Source: an uncultured Anaerolineales bacterium
GTDB taxonomy: Bacteria > Chloroflexota > Anaerolineae > Anaerolineales > UBA11858
Length of the DNA stretch: 64,000 bases
Assembly (NCBI GenBank): GCA_964560795.1
Contig: CAZLNX010000001.1
Location: forward strand, 227-64,226
Direction of reading: 5' to 3'
Positions 1 to 9,867 of the stretch are shown piece by piece. Numbering within the stretch: the first letter of the stretch is position 1; each line of letters opens with the position of its first letter. Position numbers and translations under genes: made by a program. The notes beneath the pieces were generated by a model. It worked only from the letters and a program-made list of their open reading frames with translations, did no database searches and had not been told where the DNA came from.

Positions 1-356
1 GGATCGAACTCTCGCCCTTGATGATCGGAATGGCAGTCAGCGCAGCGATTCACGGACTCCATTTGGGCGTGGGTGCCGATATTCTCTGTGATCTGTTTGC
101 CGATATCTATGTGACACTTCAGGCACAAAACATCTTGGGTTGTCTCCAACGGCAGGTGACAACGTTCGCACTGAGCCTCGAACTCGGCATGAGAATTGAA
201 CCCGCCAAGCGTAACACCAGGACGCGCTTTGGCACTGACATCTCCTGGGCTAAACAGCAATCCACCCTGGGTCCAGAACATACTGCCCAAAACCAGGAAC
301 AAGGTCAAAGTCAGGCTTATACCAAGGGGCGACAGAAATGAACTATTTCGCTTCAT
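1..356 (-). CDS. multihaem c-type cytochrome, N-terminal part (partial, runs off left edge)
   Basis: Absent from the ORF track because there is no stop codon in the window. Reverse-strand translation from ATG at 356 gives MKRNSSFLSPLGISLTLTLFLVLGSMFW (basic N-terminus plus hydrophobic anchor), followed by three CxxCH haem motifs (CERCH, CLKCH, CADCH). Confidence 0.7.
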   Translation of the reverse strand, partial: MKRNSSFLSPLGISLTLTLFLVLGSMFWTQGGLLFSPGDVSAKARPGVTLGGFNSHAEFEAQCERCHLPLETTQDVLCLKCHIDIGKQITENIGTHAQMESVNRCADCHSDHQGREFD

Positions 357-485
357 AATATGGGCTAAGTTTATAAGAATTGGGCTTTTTTATGGTTAAG
401 AAGAAACTGGCTGAAGTTAAGGTTTTATTAAGGCTTGCCGATGAACCCCCTGATCTTCGGATATACTATTGTGGAAGGACATGCT

Positions 486-1184
486 ATGACCCGCATATTA
501 GTTGTTGATGATGATGAATTGATCGCGGACTCGCTCAGCTACAGTCTGACACTTGAAGGCTTTGAAGTGAGCGCAGTTGGCAACGGTTCCCAGGCATTGT
601 TAAGCATGGGAACGTACCAACCTGATCTCGTCGTGCTAGATATTATGCTCCCCGATATTTCTGGGATGGAGGTCTGTCGCCAACTCCGAGAACGCAGCCC
701 CATTCCAGTCATCATGCTTACTGCCAGAGATGAAGAGATCGACCGTGTCATGGGCTTGGAAGTCGGCGCAGACGATTATCTGGTAAAGCCATTTGCCTTC
801 CGCGAACTCCTGGCCCGCATCCGAGCATTACTGCGTCGGGTAAAACTCGACCAGCTAGATGGAACACCTCCTATCATTGAATTTGAGGATATCCGTCTGG
901 ACACCACTGCACGTCGGGTTTTCAAAGCTAAGCAGGAAATCGAGCTATCGACCCGTGAATTCGACCTACTAACGACACTGATGCACCAGGCAGGCAAGGC
1001 AGTCAGCCGGGAGGAGCTCCTAGATTCTGTTTGGGGGCAAGATTGGATTGGGGATCACAGAACCCTGAACGTCCATATCCGTTGGCTACGTCTGAAACTC
1101 GAGGAAGATCCTGCCAGCCCAAGTTTGATTCAAACTGTGCGCGGGTATGGGTATCGCTTCAACTGGGCTGAGGAATTAACATAG
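486..1184 (+). CDS. OmpR-family two-component response regulator
   Basis: The track ORF 435..1184 starts at an alternative TTG. ATG at 486 is preceded by GGAAGG and gives MTRILVVDDDE (receiver domain). C-terminal winged-helix region: LSTREFDLL, GYGYRF. Confidence 0.9.
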   Translation: MTRILVVDDDELIADSLSYSLTLEGFEVSAVGNGSQALLSMGTYQPDLVVLDIMLPDISGMEVCRQLRERSPIPVIMLTARDEEIDRVMGLEVGADDYLVKPFAFRELLARIRALLRRVKLDQLDGTPPIIEFEDIRLDTTARRVFKAKQEIELSTREFDLLTTLMHQAGKAVSREELLDSVWGQDWIGDHRTLNVHIRWLRLKLEEDPASPSLIQTVRGYGYRFNWAEELT

Positions 1185-2639
1185 ATGATCCATACCCTTA
1201 ACAAACGCCTGATTATCTCTCATTTACTGGTAGCGTTAGCCAGTGTTGCCCTGGTCTATGCTTTTGCCAGCCGCACAATATTCCAGTCGGCTGTAGAGCA
1301 GACTGAACATCGTATGGAAGATCTGGCCTTCGCAGTTAGCAATGCGCTTGAAGAACCTATGGAGGATTTGTTTGAGGGAAATGCTTCGCTGGCCTCTGTG
1401 CAGACTGTCATTGCTCATTGGCTGGCTGATGAAGAAGATCTGGACTATGCCGTTTACCTGCCCGATGGGACCCCTGTTGTCAACAATGATGGCGCATCCC
1501 TTGCCTCGCTCAGTGTTGATTCTGCACCTGAGATATTCCTTGCCCTGGAGAGCAAACTTGGCGAAGGTGATGTCATCCGGCCCAACACAGATGGCATTGA
1601 TATGATCTATGTGGCCGTTCGTATCGAACACGAAGATGAAATTCTGGGAGTGCTGCGCCTGGGAACGCCTCTTCAAATAGCCTGGGTCTCAGCACGCAAT
1701 TCTCTGATAACCCTGCTGGTCTTTGCCATCGTCATAATATTTTGCGTAGGGATTGCCGGCTGGCTGCTGGCGCGCAACCTGGCCAAGCCCATCGAACACC
1801 TTACCAGGGTAGCCCGCAAATTATCTGCTGGAGACCTGAGCGTCCGGGCGAAACCTACCGGGCCAGATGAGTTTCAACGCTTAGCTGAAACCTTCAACAA
1901 TATGGGGGCCCAACTACAAGAAAATATCAACAAGCTGCGCGATTTTGTTGCCAATGCAAGCCACGAACTGCGCACACCCCTCACCACAATCAAACTGCGC
2001 GTCGAAGCCTTGCTCGCGGGAGCCACAAATGACCCTAAGACCGCCCAACGTTTCCTAACCGACATCGACAGTGAGGTCGACCGGTTATCCCATATGGTCA
2101 ATGACTTATTAGATCTCTCGCGCATCGAGGCCGGGATGGAGAGAAAAAACCTTGCTCAAACCGATCTGGCAACGCTGGTTTCTGAAACCTGTGATATGTT
2201 CAGTGTACGGGCACAGAAATCCCGAATAAAACTGTTTTCAGAGCAAGAACCAGACATTCCTTCCATCATGGCGAATGAAGATCAACTCCGCCGCGTTTTG
2301 GACAACCTGGTTGCCAATGCCATCCACTACACGCCAGAGGGGGGCCAGGTGTGCATTCATCTCTATTTGGCTGAAAAAAGCCCTTGGGTACACGTAAATG
2401 TCAGTGATACTGGAGTTGGAATACCCCCTGTTCACGTGGAGCACATTTTCAAACGTTTCTATCGCGCTGACCGAACCCGAGCCCATGAAAAACGAGCTCA
2501 CGGGACCGGGTTGGGCCTGGCCATTGTAAAATCAATTATTGAGGCACATGAGGGAATAATCTCAGCGACCAGTGAACTGGGAAAAGGTACCACATTCCAC
2601 ATCAAACTCCCCCTGTTACAACAATCTGCGAAGGATTAA
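1185..2639 (+). CDS. sensor histidine kinase (TM, HAMP, HisKA, HATPase)
   Basis: Two hydrophobic segments. H-box ASHELRTPLT. N and G boxes DNLVANAIHYTP, DTGVGIP, GTGLGLAIV. Start directly abuts the response regulator stop. Confidence 0.9.
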   Translation: MIHTLNKRLIISHLLVALASVALVYAFASRTIFQSAVEQTEHRMEDLAFAVSNALEEPMEDLFEGNASLASVQTVIAHWLADEEDLDYAVYLPDGTPVVNNDGASLASLSVDSAPEIFLALESKLGEGDVIRPNTDGIDMIYVAVRIEHEDEILGVLRLGTPLQIAWVSARNSLITLLVFAIVIIFCVGIAGWLLARNLAKPIEHLTRVARKLSAGDLSVRAKPTGPDEFQRLAETFNNMGAQLQENINKLRDFVANASHELRTPLTTIKLRVEALLAGATNDPKTAQRFLTDIDSEVDRLSHMVNDLLDLSRIEAGMERKNLAQTDLATLVSETCDMFSVRAQKSRIKLFSEQEPDIPSIMANEDQLRRVLDNLVANAIHYTPEGGQVCIHLYLAEKSPWVHVNVSDTGVGIPPVHVEHIFKRFYRADRTRAHEKRAHGTGLGLAIVKSIIEAHEGIISATSELGKGTTFHIKLPLLQQSAKD

Positions 2640-2789
2640 TTTCAGCCCTTTTAGCCCATTTATATAGGAAGCGCTCGAATATGAGCAGACGCGTTCACAG
2701 CACAATCTATTCGACATCTATCTGAGCTATCCACGGGGTTTTTAGAGAATTTGCAAAAAGTTCATATATAATGAAGAAAGCAATGTGTA

Positions 2790-4094
2790 ATGAACATGCC
2801 ATTGCACTATTCAGACTTTCGAGATCGGTTTCTTATTTCCAGCTTTTCACACACGAGTAATGTGAGCCCAATGATCAGAACACAATCTCTAGCAGAACGC
2901 CGCCTTTCCGAAACGGGCACCGTGCGCTTTCTAAAGGAGTATTTCGGGAACACCGCCTGGTTCCCAATTGCCAATACTCTTCTCGAAATCCTGTTGGAGG
3001 GGGCATCTGCTTTCATACGAAAACCAGATTTTTACGCCATCCTGTTCGCCAGCCTGTTGCAGGCGCTTTTCCTTAGTCGCCGTAAGAGCTCTGACAGACC
3101 CATGCGTCTGCTTGGCAACTTGATTGGGCCTGCTATCTACACATTCGTAGAAATACTTTTGGAAGGTACGGAGTTTTTCCAAAGCCCCAACCACATTGCT
3201 TATTGGGGATTTTCGCTGGCAATTGGAATGTTGCAAGAAGTTCAACCTTTTGTACGCGAAAAGGTGCTTGGTGTGATCGTTATCCTGGAAAACCTGATCC
3301 GAACCAGCATACTACTGACGATGTATATTATTTTCGAGTTTATCTCCGATCCCGAAATATACTTCGACATTTCTTCATTTCTGAGTGACTCAAGCCATCA
3401 ATTCATCTCGCTTGCAATTCCTCTATTGGGGATCAGTCTGGGCGTTGCTGATTTAACAGCCCGTAGATACCTGTCTTTACTATCCCAAACATCATCACAA
3501 CTCAAAATATACGCTGAGTGGTTGCTAGGTCGCGATTTTCTTGACCGCTTGATTGTTAATCCCGATGCACTCTCGCTAACGCGTCGCGAGCGCACAGTCC
3601 TTTTTATGGATATTCGTGGTTTCACAGCTTGGAGCGAAAAGCGCACCCCTGAAGAAGTGGTTGGATTTCTCAACCGCTTTTATACACTAGGCGAGGAGAT
3701 ACTTACTCGGTGCAGCGCGATAAAGTTTAAATACAACGCAGACGAAATTATGGCGGTATTCTCAACTCCCACTGATGCTCTTCAGGCTGCTCAAGATTTG
3801 CGGGATGAGAGTATGGGTTTACTCGATGAACAAGATTTGGGAGCTGGCATTGGCGTGCACACTGGCCCATTAGTAGAAGGGCTCTTAGGCAGTACGGGGG
3901 TTCGCTTTTACGATGTCATTGGCGACACAGTCAATACGGCTCAACGACTAGAAAGTGCGGCTGCAGCAGCCGAAATTATTTGTTCAGAATCTGTACGGCA
4001 AGCTCTCCCTGATCTAAATTATGCACCATGCCGACAAATCACCGTCAAGGGAAAACAAGAAGCCCTCAAAGTTTACCCCCTATTGATAAGCTAA
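2790..4094 (+). CDS. membrane-anchored class III adenylate/guanylate cyclase
   Basis: Multi-TM N-terminal half. C-terminal cyclase domain blocks RERTVLFMDIRGFTAWSE, GIGVHTGPLVEGLLGS, YDVIGDTVNTAQRLES. Confidence 0.85.
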   Translation: MNMPLHYSDFRDRFLISSFSHTSNVSPMIRTQSLAERRLSETGTVRFLKEYFGNTAWFPIANTLLEILLEGASAFIRKPDFYAILFASLLQALFLSRRKSSDRPMRLLGNLIGPAIYTFVEILLEGTEFFQSPNHIAYWGFSLAIGMLQEVQPFVREKVLGVIVILENLIRTSILLTMYIIFEFISDPEIYFDISSFLSDSSHQFISLAIPLLGISLGVADLTARRYLSLLSQTSSQLKIYAEWLLGRDFLDRLIVNPDALSLTRRERTVLFMDIRGFTAWSEKRTPEEVVGFLNRFYTLGEEILTRCSAIKFKYNADEIMAVFSTPTDALQAAQDLRDESMGLLDEQDLGAGIGVHTGPLVEGLLGSTGVRFYDVIGDTVNTAQRLESAAAAAEIICSESVRQALPDLNYAPCRQITVKGKQEALKVYPLLIS

Positions 4095-5119
4095 GTTCCC
4101 CAATTGCGTGTCTTTACAATTTCTGCCATAACCGCCAGGGCGATCTCTTCTGGCGAACGTCCCCCTAAATCTAAACCAATAGGTGCGTGCAAACGGTCAA
4201 GCTGTTCTTCACTTATCCCAGCTTCAATGAGTCGCTGGCGACGTTTGGCATGGGTCTTACGGCTGCCCAGCGCGCCGATATAGAAAACCGGACTGTCTAA
4301 GGCAGCTTTGAGGGCAGGGTCATCGATCTTTGGATCATGGGTAAGCATGGCAATCGCCGTTGATGAAGTTAACACCACTTCCTCGAAAGCCTTATCTGGC
4401 CAGGCTTGAATGAGTTGATCGACATGGGGAAAGCGCTCCTGGCTGCCGAACATTTTACGTGGGTCGACCACGATCGTGCGATACCCCAACGTCTTGGCCA
4501 GCGATGCCAGAGGGATAGCAATGTGCACTCCACCAACCATAATCAAAGTTGGCGAGGGTTTGACAACATTGATAAACAGTTCTATAGATTCATCAATCTC
4601 AACTCGTAGTGATTTGCCTTCTTCCAGGGCGCTTTGGGCGTAGTGCAAAGCTTTCGTATCAAGATCAGGCCCAAAGGTGCCCACGGATCCACTCTCTTCA
4701 AGAACGAGCATCTCCTGACCTAGAACCGACTCCGGGGCACGGATGATCATCACCGAAGCCACCGGTTTTCCCTGATTAATTTCTTTTGTGAGATTCTTAT
4801 AAATATCGATGTCCAGGGGGCGCACAAATACTTCAATGGTTCCGCCACAGGACAAACCCACATCCCAGGCAGTCTCGTCAGCAACCCCAAAGTGCAGCAG
4901 CCGTGGTTGGGAATTCTTCAGAACTTCGATCCCAGCCTCGAGCACTGCGCCTTCAACACATCCCCCACTGACCGAGCCTGAAATGCCACCATCTGAGGTC
5001 AAAGCCATATTAGCGCCAACCGCGCGGGGAGATGATCCCCAGGTTTGGATCACCGTAGCCAGGGCAATAGATTTTCCCTGATCAGCCCATGTAGAAATAT
5101 CAGGCAGCACATCAAGCAT
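4091..5119 (-). CDS. XdhC/CoxI-family molybdenum-cofactor insertion accessory protein
   Basis: SGSVSGGCVEGAV block plus a C-terminal Rossmann-like half (TLIMVGGVHIA). Lies beside a Mo hydroxylase gene. Its stop overlaps the convergent stop of 2790..4094 (shared CTAA at 4091-4094). Confidence 0.8.
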   Translation of the reverse strand: MLDVLPDISTWADQGKSIALATVIQTWGSSPRAVGANMALTSDGGISGSVSGGCVEGAVLEAGIEVLKNSQPRLLHFGVADETAWDVGLSCGGTIEVFVRPLDIDIYKNLTKEINQGKPVASVMIIRAPESVLGQEMLVLEESGSVGTFGPDLDTKALHYAQSALEEGKSLRVEIDESIELFINVVKPSPTLIMVGGVHIAIPLASLAKTLGYRTIVVDPRKMFGSQERFPHVDQLIQAWPDKAFEEVVLTSSTAIAMLTHDPKIDDPALKAALDSPVFYIGALGSRKTHAKRRQRLIEAGISEEQLDRLHAPIGLDLGGRSPEEIALAVMAEIVKTRNWGT

Positions 5120-5121
5120 AG

Positions 5122-5556
5122 TTATAGTTTACCAATATCTTCTTGCCACAGGGTAGGATTGTTATCGACAAACTCTTTCATCATTTGTTTGCACGAGTCC
5201 AAATCAAGGTCGATGACTTCTACGCCATGCTGCTCTAAAAACTCAAGCGTTCCAGAGAACGTTGCTGATTCGCCAACGATGACCTTCTTGATACCAAACT
5301 GCACGATAGCACCAGAACAGAGATAACAAGGCATCAGGGTGGAATATAAAACTGTATCGCGGTATGAGCCAACACGACCAGCTTCCTGCAAACAATGAAT
5401 CTCCGCATGCAGTATGGGGTTATCTTGCTGGATGCGCTGATTATGACCACTTCCACATACCTGATCCCCTTTGACCAACACAGACCCAATCGGGATTCCG
5501 CCTTCCGCTAATCCTTTGCGCGCTTCTTCAATTGCCAATTCCATGAATTTGTCCAT
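5122..5556 (-). CDS. CDA-fold zinc deaminase, yeast (Fcy1)-type cytosine deaminase-like
   Basis: Zinc motifs HAEIHCL and PCYLCSGA. End-to-end resemblance, from memory, to Fcy1, including GGIPIGSVLV near the N-terminus and the C-terminal WQEDIG tail. Confidence 0.8.
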   Translation of the reverse strand: MDKFMELAIEEARKGLAEGGIPIGSVLVKGDQVCGSGHNQRIQQDNPILHAEIHCLQEAGRVGSYRDTVLYSTLMPCYLCSGAIVQFGIKKVIVGESATFSGTLEFLEQHGVEVIDLDLDSCKQMMKEFVDNNPTLWQEDIGKL

Positions 5557-5700
5557 GTACTACCTCCAATAAATTTTCACCAACACTGGTGCTACGCAGC
5601 ATAGATTTTGGATTTTATTGGTCAATTTTACTCCATTAAATACAGCAGGCCCAACCTGTATGAAATTGGACCTGCAAATTGATGAATCTCGCACCCGACG

Positions 5701-8469
5701 CTAATTTAGATTTTCCAGCGCAGCCTTTACTCGTTTCTTGTCAGCCGGGATATCATTTATTCGGATGCCCGCGGCGTCATAGATGGCATTCAGGATCGCC
5801 GGCGCGGTGGCCAACGACGGCGCTTCGGCAAAACCTTTCACTCCCAGGGGACCTTCAGGGTGCGGCACTTCTACCATGGCAGGGATAATTTCCGGGGTCA
5901 TGTCCGCGGGGGGGATCTTGCATTTGCGCAGTGTATCGGTTAAGTTGATCCCTTTTTCTACAACGAACTCTTCAGAGAGAGCATATCCTAAACCCATCAC
6001 CACGCCCCCATGGATCTGACCTTCGACAACCGTTCTGTTGAGAACATTGCCCAGGTCGTTGGCTGAGATCACGGTCAGCACTTTGACATCGCCTGTGCGC
6101 ATATTGACTTCGACCACAGCGACCTGCGTGTTATAGGCATAGCACCAGTGCGTAGCACGCGACTCAAAGCCTGGCTTGCCATAGTGGCTGGTCTCGTCTT
6201 CCAAAAGAGGGTCGGTTTTGCTGGGGTTATATTCTTTTTCAACAACAAACTTTCTGCCGATCTGACCTAGCTCGATGGAGTTCCCCGTTTCAGGATCGAC
6301 AACCAGCTTACCGTCCAATTTCAACTTGCCGGGTTCTTGCTCCAGCATCTCCGCGGCACGGCTGAAGATCTCGTCCTTCAAGGCGCGACAAACCATCACT
6401 GTGGCGTTCCCGGTCATATAGGTTTGGCGAGACGCTGTGGTGGGGCCTGTCGGCGGCGTGATGGCTGTGTCCGGTCCGACAATCTCGATATTATCGATGG
6501 GAAGGCCTAACTCCATAGAGACCAGCTTGGCAATCCCCGAATAAGCTCCCTGCCCATATTCGTGCTGACTATGCCGCAAGACCGCGTTTCCTTCGCTATC
6601 CAGCTCGATGATAGCCCCCGCCCGTTCGGTCAGGCCGTGACCGAAACCGATATTCTTGACGGCCGAAGCGACACCATAACCGATCTTCTTGTCTCCATTT
6701 GATGAAGGAAGTTGGATGTTCTGAAATTCCCTTTGGGCTGCTTCGACGGTCTCTTTGATGGATACTACGCCCGCAGGTAGGATGTGATCCGCCGCTGTCG
6801 GCAAATCCACGTCCAGGCCATTGATCAGCCGGATTGTGAAGGGGTCGATATCCAATTGTCGGGCGATCTCATCCAATTGCTGCTCAATGGCCACCGCAAC
6901 CTGGTTGACCCCAAAACCTCGCATGGCACCACACAGCACATTGTTGGTATACCAGGCCCAACCCTCCAGGCGCAAATTAGGCACATAGTAAGGACCAGCG
7001 CCGAAGACCAGGGTATTTTCGAGCACATCGAAACTAAGCGACATGTAAGCCCCGGCGTCGAGCACGACATCTGAGTCAACAGCCAAGATTTTGCCATCTT
7101 TGTCCGCACCGGTCTTGTAATGCATCCAGGCTGGGTGGCGCTTGACATGCACCCTCAGGGATTCCTCGCGATCCAGGACAATCTTGACCCTTTTACCAGA
7201 AAGTTTAGCCCCTAAAGCCAAGTGCTGCTCGATGATCAGGTCTTCTTTGCCGCCAAAGGCGCCCCCTATGGGCAACTGCACCACGCGGATCTTCTCCTCG
7301 GGCATATCCAGAATTTCTGAAAGCTGTGTGCGCACATCAAAGGCACATTGAGTGCCCATCTTCAGCACAACTCCGCCATCGGGTCTGGGATACGCGATAC
7401 CCGACTCAGGTTCCATAAAACCATGCTCAATGAAGGGCGTGGTGTAATCGCCTTCTACGATCACGGCACATTCGGCGAAAGCATCGTCAACATCGCCACG
7501 TTCGATCACCGCGTGATGAGCCAGATTGCCCTTCTCGTGAACCTTGGGCGCATCAGTTGCAGCAGCTTCTCCGGGGGTAAAGACACCAGGCAAAACCTTG
7601 TATTGCACTTTGATTTTGTTCACAGCTTGCTGCGCGATCTCAGGTGTTGTGGCAAATATTGAAGCCAGTGAGTCTCCGATGTAGCGAGTCTTATCTTCGG
7701 CAATAGCGGGTTGGTCACGGATTACAATACCAGCCAGATTCTTCCCAGTTATATCCTTAGCCGTGATCACCAGCTCGACACCTTCAATAGCTTCTGCTTC
7801 TAAGGTATCAATGCCCAAAATCTCGGCATGCGGGTGCTCCGCCCAAAGGATCTTCCCGTGCAGCATGCCCTCTTCGCGGATATCATCACCAAACAGGGTC
7901 GTTCCTGTAACTAAATCAACCGCATCGCGGGTCAACAAGGTCGACCTGACTTGATCACCTTCAGGCGCGATCGGTGGGACTTCATCACCATCACGGATCA
8001 TCTTCCCTGCCGACTCGATAGCATCAAAGATTTTCAAATAACCAGTACAGCGGCACAGACTGTTGTTCTTGGTCAGGGCAGTTTTGATCTCTTCCCGCGT
8101 CGGATCGGGATTGTTTTCCAGCAAAACCTTGGAAGCCATGATCATGCCTGGGGTACAGAATCCACACTGCACAGCGCCCTGCTCGACGAATGCATACTGC
8201 AAGGGGTGAAGATTTCCATCCTGAACCAAAGCCTCGATAGTTTCCACCTGACCCCCATCAACCTTGGACATGCGCACCAGGCAAGCTCGCCGCAGTTTGC
8301 CATTTAGGATCACCGAACAAGCCCCACAATGACCGCTGCCGCAGCCATTCTTGGTGCCTGTCAAGCCCATGTAATCCCGCAGGAAATCCATCAGGTTCAT
8401 ATCAGGAGCTACTTGAGCCTGAACAGGTTCGTTATTTACCGCTAATTGGACGTTGATCAACTCAGACAT
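5701..8469 (-). CDS. fused [2Fe-2S] plus molybdopterin-binding aldehyde oxidoreductase/xanthine dehydrogenase-family hydroxylase (MOP-type, no FAD domain)
   Basis: 922 aa. N-terminal ferredoxin modules (GCGSGHCGACSV, CRCTGY). Mo-domain block PIGGAFGGKED. C-terminal active-site Glu context GFAEAPS. Confidence 0.85.
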   Translation of the reverse strand: MSELINVQLAVNNEPVQAQVAPDMNLMDFLRDYMGLTGTKNGCGSGHCGACSVILNGKLRRACLVRMSKVDGGQVETIEALVQDGNLHPLQYAFVEQGAVQCGFCTPGMIMASKVLLENNPDPTREEIKTALTKNNSLCRCTGYLKIFDAIESAGKMIRDGDEVPPIAPEGDQVRSTLLTRDAVDLVTGTTLFGDDIREEGMLHGKILWAEHPHAEILGIDTLEAEAIEGVELVITAKDITGKNLAGIVIRDQPAIAEDKTRYIGDSLASIFATTPEIAQQAVNKIKVQYKVLPGVFTPGEAAATDAPKVHEKGNLAHHAVIERGDVDDAFAECAVIVEGDYTTPFIEHGFMEPESGIAYPRPDGGVVLKMGTQCAFDVRTQLSEILDMPEEKIRVVQLPIGGAFGGKEDLIIEQHLALGAKLSGKRVKIVLDREESLRVHVKRHPAWMHYKTGADKDGKILAVDSDVVLDAGAYMSLSFDVLENTLVFGAGPYYVPNLRLEGWAWYTNNVLCGAMRGFGVNQVAVAIEQQLDEIARQLDIDPFTIRLINGLDVDLPTAADHILPAGVVSIKETVEAAQREFQNIQLPSSNGDKKIGYGVASAVKNIGFGHGLTERAGAIIELDSEGNAVLRHSQHEYGQGAYSGIAKLVSMELGLPIDNIEIVGPDTAITPPTGPTTASRQTYMTGNATVMVCRALKDEIFSRAAEMLEQEPGKLKLDGKLVVDPETGNSIELGQIGRKFVVEKEYNPSKTDPLLEDETSHYGKPGFESRATHWCYAYNTQVAVVEVNMRTGDVKVLTVISANDLGNVLNRTVVEGQIHGGVVMGLGYALSEEFVVEKGINLTDTLRKCKIPPADMTPEIIPAMVEVPHPEGPLGVKGFAEAPSLATAPAILNAIYDAAGIRINDIPADKKRVKAALENLN

Positions 8470-8559
8470 AAGATATTCCCAATTTTTGTTATGAGGAAAG
8501 CAAGAACCCAGGAATTTGTATGCCCTTTCCTGATTTCCTGGCTTCCTTATATTATTTCT

Positions 8560-9828
8560 TCACACAGGCCATTCTTGGGTCTTCACAATTGATTGCATTT
8601 TCTCCTGATCGACCAGCTTGCCGTGGCTGATGACGTAGGCCGGGGCTTCATGGTTGCGCAGCGCTTCGAGCACGTTGGGTTCATCCAATACCACAATATT
8701 TGCGGGCGCACCAACTTTGAGCTCGAAATCTGGCAAACCGATACACTGGGCTGCTTTGGTGGTAACCATATCATAGAGAGTTTCCATGTCCTGGCGAGTA
8801 GTCATCCACAACAGGTGAGAAACTAAGAAGGCGACTTCGAGCATGTTGTTGCGACCATAGGGATAGTAGGCGTCGGAAATATCATCCATCCCTATGCAAA
8901 CCAGCACATCTTCATCTAGAAGCTCACGCACCCGGGCATGCAGGGGGCCAGTATGCGGATCGCTGACCACGCCCATCTGGGCTTTCTTCAGGAGAGCAGC
9001 AATCTTCTGCAAGTAGGGTTTGGGGTACAAGGCCATAGCCCGGGCATGATGCGCCAGGGAGCGGCCGTGCCAACCACGCTTGATCGTTTCCAACGCCATC
9101 AGTTCCAGGGAGCGCAGGCCTGGATCACCGGCGTCATCGACCAGCATGGATACCGGCTTGTCAAATTTTTCGGCGATGTCATAGCAGACTTTGACGTGCT
9201 CGGCTATATCGGCATCGGTGAACTCGATCCAGGGGATGCCACCGACCACGTCGCAGCCCAACTCCATGGCCTGTTGAACGAGATCAGCCGCGCCGGGCTC
9301 GCGCACAATACCATCCTGAGCGAAGGCTACAACCTGGATATCGACGATATCCTTAAATTCTTCGCGCGCCCGGATCAGGGCTTTGGCACCAATCAATTTG
9401 GCTTTGCTATCCACATCGGCGAAGGCGCGGATATGTGTGCCGCCATAAATTGCAGAGAGCGCTACGGCCTTGCGGACATTCTTGATGATCCAAGATTCGT
9501 CGTAGGATTCCTTTACCCGTGCAGCCAACTCAATGGCCGTCATCGCTTTGCCCATATCCGCCCCATGATAGTCTTTCATAGCTAACTCATCCATCATCGG
9601 CAGGGTGTAGACTTTACACAGGTGCAGGTGCGTATTGACGAAGGCTTCCGTTACCAGGTTGCCTTGGGCGTCGATCACGGTTTGGGCATCGCCGGACACG
9701 CTCTCATCCAAAGCTGTTAATTTCCCTCCCGAAATACCAATGTCGTAGCGTTTTTCCGGCTGACCACGCAGTTGGCAGTTTTTGATCAGAATATCAAATT
9801 TGTTGGTCATTTCTCTCCTCTCAGACAT
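8560..9828 (-). CDS. amidohydrolase-superfamily protein, cytosine deaminase (CodA)/AtzC-like
   Basis: Metal-binding HxH (NTHLHLCKV) early in the protein and later His/Asp blocks typical of Amidohydro_1. The start is ambiguous: ATG at 9828 or in-frame ATG at 9810, each preceded by AGGAGAGAA from the tandem repeat. Confidence 0.75.
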   Translation of the reverse strand: MSERREMTNKFDILIKNCQLRGQPEKRYDIGISGGKLTALDESVSGDAQTVIDAQGNLVTEAFVNTHLHLCKVYTLPMMDELAMKDYHGADMGKAMTAIELAARVKESYDESWIIKNVRKAVALSAIYGGTHIRAFADVDSKAKLIGAKALIRAREEFKDIVDIQVVAFAQDGIVREPGAADLVQQAMELGCDVVGGIPWIEFTDADIAEHVKVCYDIAEKFDKPVSMLVDDAGDPGLRSLELMALETIKRGWHGRSLAHHARAMALYPKPYLQKIAALLKKAQMGVVSDPHTGPLHARVRELLDEDVLVCIGMDDISDAYYPYGRNNMLEVAFLVSHLLWMTTRQDMETLYDMVTTKAAQCIGLPDFELKVGAPANIVVLDEPNVLEALRNHEAPAYVISHGKLVDQEKMQSIVKTQEWPV

Positions 9829-9867
9829 CTTCTCTCCTTTCAGACACCTTCTCTCCTCTCAGGCATC
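9811..9867 (-). repeat. 3 x 19-nt tandem repeat carrying a Shine-Dalgarno sequence plus a start codon
   Basis: Plus-strand units: TTCTCTCCTCTCAGACATC (9811-9829), TTCTCTCCTTTCAGACACC (9830-9848), TTCTCTCCTCTCAGGCATC (9849-9867). A degenerate remnant extends to 9880. On the coding strand each unit reads (A/G)TG(T/C)CTGA(G/A)AGGAGAGAA. Confidence 0.9.

Noticed and set aside
18-341. Plus-strand 107-aa ORF at the left edge
   Set aside because: It is low-complexity and unrecognisable. The opposite strand encodes a convincing signal anchor plus three CxxCH motifs, so this ORF is an antisense shadow.
5557-5700. Intrinsic terminator after the MOP-type hydroxylase gene
   Set aside because: The only stem (CAGGCCCAA / TTGGACCTG) is imperfect and short, and it lacks a clear T-tract. 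The downstream deaminase gene may well be co-transcribed.
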